Shown piece by piece: positions 45,772 to 51,307 of a stretch of DNA of 51,307 nt (within the stretch, counting starts at the first letter, position 1; the number at the start of each line of letters is the position of its first letter). The position numbers and the translations under genes were made by a program. The notes under the pieces were generated by a model that ran no database searches, had not been told where the DNA came from, and worked only from the letters and a program-made list of their open reading frames with translations. Source of the stretch: Nemertoderma westbladi (Eukaryota > Animalia > Xenacoelomorpha). The DNA is taken from contig JAUCBJ010005761.1 in assembly GCA_032718475.1 (NCBI GenBank), forward strand, positions 1-51,307, read 5' to 3'.

Positions 45772-47499
45772 ATGGATCAACATACTAATTTATTGATAGA
45801 AAAATCTGGTGCCAGTATAATTATAAAGAAAGAACCAACAGACTTTATAATTATAAAGAGAGAACCAACAGACTCCACCCCTTATTATCTTGATGTTAAA
45901 CAAGAGAACTGCATTTACGGATCCTCTCCCATCGAAGATCACAACAATTTGTTCGGTAGAGTAGATGTTGTCCCAGTACTAGATGACGACGATATTTCTT
46001 ATGAACCATCGGGAGATTCTTTTACTGTTGAAAAACGGGAAAACGACGGCCCAGACTGTTCGTATGGTAGGCCTATTGGAACTGAAGGTACTGAAGCGAC
46101 AATCAGTTGTGCAACAACAGAGTCCGGTAGTTCTATTAAAACTGTTGGGGAGTTGGTATCTTCTTCAGACACCAGTTCCTGTTTGCATTGCAATGAATTA
46201 TTTAATAACAAAGGAAATTTAGATAGACATATAGAATCCGTTCATAAAGACGTCAAGAATAAGTATAAATGCGACTATTGTGAGAAATTGTTTAAACGCA
46301 AAAATTATGTAACGAAGCATGTTGACGCTACCCATAAACGTATCAAACATAAGTGCGATTATTGTAGTAAAAAATTCAGCCAGCAAAGGAATCTAAACAC
46401 CCACGTTATCTTTGCCCACAAAGGTATCATCAAGTATAGCTGCTCCGATTGTAGAAAATCATTTGCTACAAAAGCCGTACTAAAACAACATGTCGACTCT
46501 ATACATAAAGATATCAAACATAAGTGCGGTTATTGTAATAAAGAATTCAGCCAGCAAGGTAGTCTAAACACCCATGTGAACTACTTTCATAAAGATATCA
46601 AGTACAACTGTTTTGATTGTGGAAAATCATTTGCTACTAAAGCCGAACTAAAACAACATGTCGACTCTATACATAAAGATATCAAACATAAATGCGGTTA
46701 TTGTTATAAAGAATTCAGCCAGCAAAGGAATCTAAACACCCACATTATCTTTGCCCACAAAGGTATCATCAAGTATAGCTGCTCCGATTGTGGAAAATCA
46801 TTTGATAAAAAAGCCGTACTAAAACAACATGTCGACTCTATACATAAAGAAATCAAACATAAGTGCGGTTATTGTAATAAAGAATTCAGCCAGCAAGGTA
46901 GTCTAAACACCCATGTGAACTACTTTCATAAAGATATCAAGTACAACTGTTTCGATTGTGGAAAATCATTTGCTACAAAAGCCGAACTAAAACAACATGT
47001 CGACTCTATACATAAATATATCAAACATAAGTGCGGTTATTGTCATAAAGGATTCAGTCAGCAAGGCAGTCTAAACAGCCACATTAACTTTGCCCACAAA
47101 GGTATCATCAAGTATAGCTGCTTCGATTGCGGAAAATCATTTGCTAAAAAATGCGTTCTAAAACAACATATCGACTCTATACATAAAGATATCAAACATA
47201 AGTGCGGTTACTGTAATAAAGAATTCAGCTATCAAACAAATCTAAACACCCACATTAACTTTACCCACAAAGGTATTATCAAGTATAGCTGCTCCGATTG
47301 TGGAAAATCATTTGGTCAAAAAGGCGCTCTAAAACAACATATCGACTCTATTCATAAAGATATCAAGCATAAGTGTGATTATTGTAATAAAGAATTCAGT
47401 TACAAAAACCACCTAAAACGTCATGTCGATTCTATACATAAAGATATCAAACATAGTGCGGTTATTGTCATAAAGAATTCAACCAGCAAGTCTACCTAA
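45772..47499 (+). CDS. C2H2 zinc-finger protein, 575 aa, 15 tandem CX2CX12HX4H fingers after an acidic IKxE-rich N-terminus; single ORF
   Basis: Fingers are counted in the translation; linkers are K(D/G)I(I)K(H/Y)x rather than TGEKP; a 16th finger is lost to a 1-nt deletion at about 47455. Confidence 0.9.
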   Translation: MDQHTNLLIEKSGASIIIKKEPTDFIIIKREPTDSTPYYLDVKQENCIYGSSPIEDHNNLFGRVDVVPVLDDDDISYEPSGDSFTVEKRENDGPDCSYGRPIGTEGTEATISCATTESGSSIKTVGELVSSSDTSSCLHCNELFNNKGNLDRHIESVHKDVKNKYKCDYCEKLFKRKNYVTKHVDATHKRIKHKCDYCSKKFSQQRNLNTHVIFAHKGIIKYSCSDCRKSFATKAVLKQHVDSIHKDIKHKCGYCNKEFSQQGSLNTHVNYFHKDIKYNCFDCGKSFATKAELKQHVDSIHKDIKHKCGYCYKEFSQQRNLNTHIIFAHKGIIKYSCSDCGKSFDKKAVLKQHVDSIHKEIKHKCGYCNKEFSQQGSLNTHVNYFHKDIKYNCFDCGKSFATKAELKQHVDSIHKYIKHKCGYCHKGFSQQGSLNSHINFAHKGIIKYSCFDCGKSFAKKCVLKQHIDSIHKDIKHKCGYCNKEFSYQTNLNTHINFTHKGIIKYSCSDCGKSFGQKGALKQHIDSIHKDIKHKCDYCNKEFSYKNHLKRHVDSIHKDIKHSAVIVIKNSTSKST

Positions 47500-48619
47500 A
47501 CACCCATATCAATTTTGTTCATAAATCTTAAAGTTACCGGTAACAAAATTGTTGTATTTGTACTGAACTATATTTGTAACTGTTCAATTAAATACATTGA
47601 TTTTCAGGTTATTAATGTTTTCAGGGATGCTGATTTTAAGGGGGGGGGGGGGGGGGGGGGGGTCTGTGAACTGTCTGTCTGTGATTGTGTTTCTGACGGT
47701 TTGTCCGTCACAATATAACAATAATTCCAAACGTCAGTTTTCACTTTTAACGAAAACTGTTATGTCTGTCAGTCGGTCTGTCCAACGATCTGTCTGTCAA
47801 AATATAAGGACATCCATCATACCACGTAGTTGAAACTTTTTATGTTGGTTTTTTTGGTCGCTGATTTCACTTCCGAAGTCAATTTTCATTTTTAGTGAAG
47901 TCTATTATGTCTGATTGTCAGTCAGTTTAATGGATTTCTCGTGCTCCTTGGCACGATAAGCTCCTAAAACGGCTTTGAATCTCAAAAAAGTTCCAGGTAG
48001 TGCTCTACTTTCGCTTAGTGTTTTGGTTTTCCGGCTAACATAAAATATTTCCACTTGAACACGGCCCTTCACTGACTTGTTATTTACGGACATCCACAAC
48101 TTTTCAATATAGTACAAAAACACTGATTTTCTATTCTTCCCAAATAATACTGTATATTGCTTCCTTCTAAATAAATGAAATAGCTTACTGTAACACCGTA
48201 GAAAAACCTCTGGGATGAGGTAAAAGATAGAAACCGGGTGAGGGGTGCTTTGGGTCCGTCAGGATCCAAAGTATAGCCTCTAAATAATCCAAAAAGCAGA
48301 TAAAATATTCCATATTTTTAGCCGTTTTTTTTGCTAAATATAAACCGGAAAAAATATACAAATAAAGGGAAAAACTCTAATAATAATCAATTGTTTTGAA
48401 AAACGTCTTAATAAATATTTTTACTACAAATAGGATCCGTTTCTGTGTTTTTGTACGCGATATAACATTTAAGATTTCACTTTCTTTTGACTTTTAAACC
48501 CGTTTCGTGCCTACTGTACGTACGACTTTTGTTATTACGTGTTGCCATGACATTTAAACATACCAAGCCTGCATACCGTGTTAACTATATTCGTACCACA
48601 ATGAGCATCTGTTTCTGTG

Positions 48620-49495
48620 TACTTGTGCGCGATATAACACGTTCGTGGGGACTTCGCGCAGCACGTAGTCGGCAAGCCTTGGCATACGGTTCATATAGAG
48701 CAAATGGGGCATGTCCGTCTGTCTGTCTGTCTGGTAAATGTTTGAACGCGAATTTCTCGGCATCGCTGGTTCGGAATTGAACCAAACTTAGTAGGTAAGT
48801 AGTAGAGAGAAAGTTTAGAAAGTTTCTAAAGTTTGGTGAAAAATCATGCAGTCTGACGTCAGCTACGACAGATTATGTGGTTTTTAGAAAATGTTAAATT
48901 TCTCGGGAAGGCCTCATTTTCCTGAGCTGAAATTTTGGTGGCCTGTAGAGAATCATGAAGTCTATCTTTTACGAAATTGAAAAGTTAAGACATTTAATTG
49001 GGGATCCGCTAGAGACTCAGAAGTAATGACATAGGCCTACCGGTACGGTACTGCTGTACAGTGCTGCACTGGTAAGTACGAAATTGCAGAATAACAATTT
49101 GACACCACCTAGCGGATTAACATATGATTGTATATCGAATGAATACATTTATAGCATGGGATATGTCATCCAAACTAGACATGCCCCATTTGCTCTATAT
49201 GAACCGTATGCCAAGGCTTGCCGACTACGTGCTGCGCGAAGTCCCCACGAACGTGTACATAGAGTTAGCGAACTGTGTGGATTACACACAGTTCGAGAAA
49301 TTTATGCACAACATTTGTGGTCCGCAAATGTTGTACATAAAGTTAGCGAACTGTGTGGATTACTGTGTGGATTACACACAATTCGAGAAATTCGCGTTCA
49401 AACATTTACCAGACAGACAGACGGACATGCCCCATTTGCCCTATATGAACCGTATGCCAAGGCTCGCCGACTACGTGTCTCGCCCCACATATAAT
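48620..49495. mobile_element. Inverted/duplicated fragments of a non-autonomous repeat resembling Helentron-associated (DINE-1/HINE-like) elements
   Basis: ACGTTCGTGGGGACTTCGCGCAGCACGTAGTCGGCAAGCCTTGGCATACGG...GGGGCATGTC followed by (GTCT)n at 48638-48735; reverse copies at about 49178-49255 and 49385-49480; related pieces at about 3060-3130 and 4625-4665. The class assignment is inference. Confidence 0.45.
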
Positions 49496-49965
49496 ATTTT
49501 ATTCCGACCTCTAAAATCGATTATTTTACTTTACACTTTACCTATCCTTAATATACTACTGTACGTACGATTTCTGTTTGTGCCTGTTACCATGACACAT
49601 AAACTTGACTTTGCCCGACTCTTCTACTTTATGCTTATATTTGGACATTTGTACATAGATCCTCGCTTTAATCGATATATGCGTTTTACCGTATGTTCTT
49701 GTATGCTTTCTTTTTTTAATGCAATAAGGGTTCTTATTTTGAGAGGGAATTTTGAACTGGTGAAGGGATGCACTTATTTTTCTTGTATAATACTGTACCT
49801 GTTTCATTAATAAAGGCTGAAGTAGCCCGGTAGGGCGAAAACGTTCACATACACCTAACCCTTTTTTACTGCCAGGCAAGACCCCGAACACTTACCGTAA
49901 TTATCAAACTCCAACTTTAATTTGGTATTTCATTTAATTCATTATGCAACCCCTGGCAAATGCCT

Positions 49966-51225
49966 CGTAATAAACTTGGTGCAGCTTCACGCTATTGGAA
50001 CTTGGCGATAGTGCAGAACACCAGGTTACCGTCTGAGTCCAAACAGGGGTGGTACCGATTGGACTTAAAAGGTTAGCTGCAATTTGTTCTCAGACCATAG
50101 AGGTTTATTTGGGCGAACCACAAATAAACATATAGCCTGCAGACAGTGCACCAGCACTACCGTGGGCGCCTGCAGACAGTGCACCAGCACTACCGTGGGC
50201 AGGAGAGCCGAGTCGGTGGAGACGCTGCCACTTTTGCCTGGTAGGCGAGAGCAAGCACACAAGCGCTCCGGGCTTGTCTAGCCAATGTGCTCAGACCAAC
50301 GGCGGAACCGTCTTGTTACTGGCGACCGCCAAACCTTTCGCAGGCCCGATCCAGCAACAAAGAGGGCCCCAACTTGGACCAGGGCTGGCTTTTAGGCGAG
50401 ATAGTACAGCCGACCGACGGCGGTATCGTCTTACGTTACTGGCGACCGCAAAGCCTTTCGCAGGCCCGATCCAGCAACAAAGATGGCCCCAACTCGAAAC
50501 AGAGCTGACTTCTAGGCCAAGGACCTCTGCTGTACTGAGGAGCAGGGCTCAACAGTTATGCCTGAGGCAGAGTGAAGACTCTTGAGTTTTTAGTCCCGAT
50601 GCGCCCCTATTTATAGCCTGATGTGGGGTCAATATGGAGTTGACCCCTAATTATCACCTGCGTGCTGGTGGACTTTCTGGGCAGAGACTTTGCATTCAAA
50701 CAATGTTAAATATAATTACCCAATATATTAGACCAATAAATATTGGTTCACGTTCGAACAATATTAGATATAATTACTCAATAATATAGACCAATTAATA
50801 TTGGTGCCTGGATGGAGTTTTGAAGGTGACTAGTCAATCACTCCCTACTGCTATTGGATGGCGGCCATAGGCTGTGTACTGGGGGCCGGTGTAAGGGAAG
50901 GGATGTATTGGATAACAATGGACCCTGGATAGTGCATTGGATGGAGTGTATTGGGCGGATCAGGCAAGGATTGACACGCCCACCACGTCTAAGGATGTCT
51001 GGGTTGGGGCAATAAGTCATAGTGAGATATGGGATAATATTCTGAGAAAAATATTTTGGTGAATATTTCCGGGATGAATATTACGTCGAATATTTTGAGA
51101 TGAATATTACAACTGGATAAGGAAGTGGGGAATAATTATATTGTAATTATTTCGTTATTAAAATCAGAGTCCCGAGGAAGTGTATTTTGTATGATTGTCT
51201 ACGGAGGCGCGAAAAATCGATTACA
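49966..51225 (-). mobile_element. Probable 3' LTR (about 1.26 kb) of an LTR retrotransposon extending beyond the window
   Basis: Minus strand: PPT GGGGGGAG (51233-51226) directly followed by TGTAAT; the far end reads ATTACG (one mismatch to ATTACA); TATAAATA at 50615-50608; AATAAA at about 50109-50104; internal 33-bp and about 120-bp duplications. The partner LTR and TSD are not visible. Confidence 0.55.
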
Positions 51226-51307
51226 CTCCCCCCATGGCAAATTTGGAATAAATTGGTCATAAAGAAAGATTTTGAGCCAAGATTTTGAAAATATATTTTG
51301 ATGTCCT

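Noticed and set aside
49084-49891. 136-, 228- and 111-aa ORFs near the right end
   Set aside because: Translate duplicated repeat fragments; non-ATG or weak starts and no domains.

Overview
Repeat-rich, AT-rich animal (invertebrate-type) nuclear DNA; the species cannot be identified from sequence alone. The left third holds four conserved housekeeping genes whose CDSs are single uninterrupted ORFs: an RDH11-14-like SDR, B9D2, TDP1 and PIGA. A single-ORF C2H2 zinc-finger gene lies near the right end. The rest is mostly mobile DNA. (1) A young, structurally complete 9.3-kb LTR element (20367-29688; 1168-bp LTRs about 99% identical; AGCAA TSD) encodes two long unfamiliar ORFs, one with CCHC zinc knuckles, but no recognisable protease, RT, RNase H, integrase or env. 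(2) An internally deleted BEL/Pao element (34659-39158; GTTTT TSD). (3) A probable 3' LTR at the window end. (4) A CR1/L2-group LINE nested in a TIR element, a decayed RTE-clade LINE, several MITEs (IS3EU-like, Harbinger-like), satellites and palindromes. The most striking observation is that both bounded LTR elements lack a tRNA primer-binding site. The 10-11 nt directly after each 5' LTR are instead exactly complementary to a site inside that element's own LTR. This is the geometry of Tf1-type self-primed reverse transcription, here seen in a BEL/Pao element and in a pol-less element of unknown affinity.
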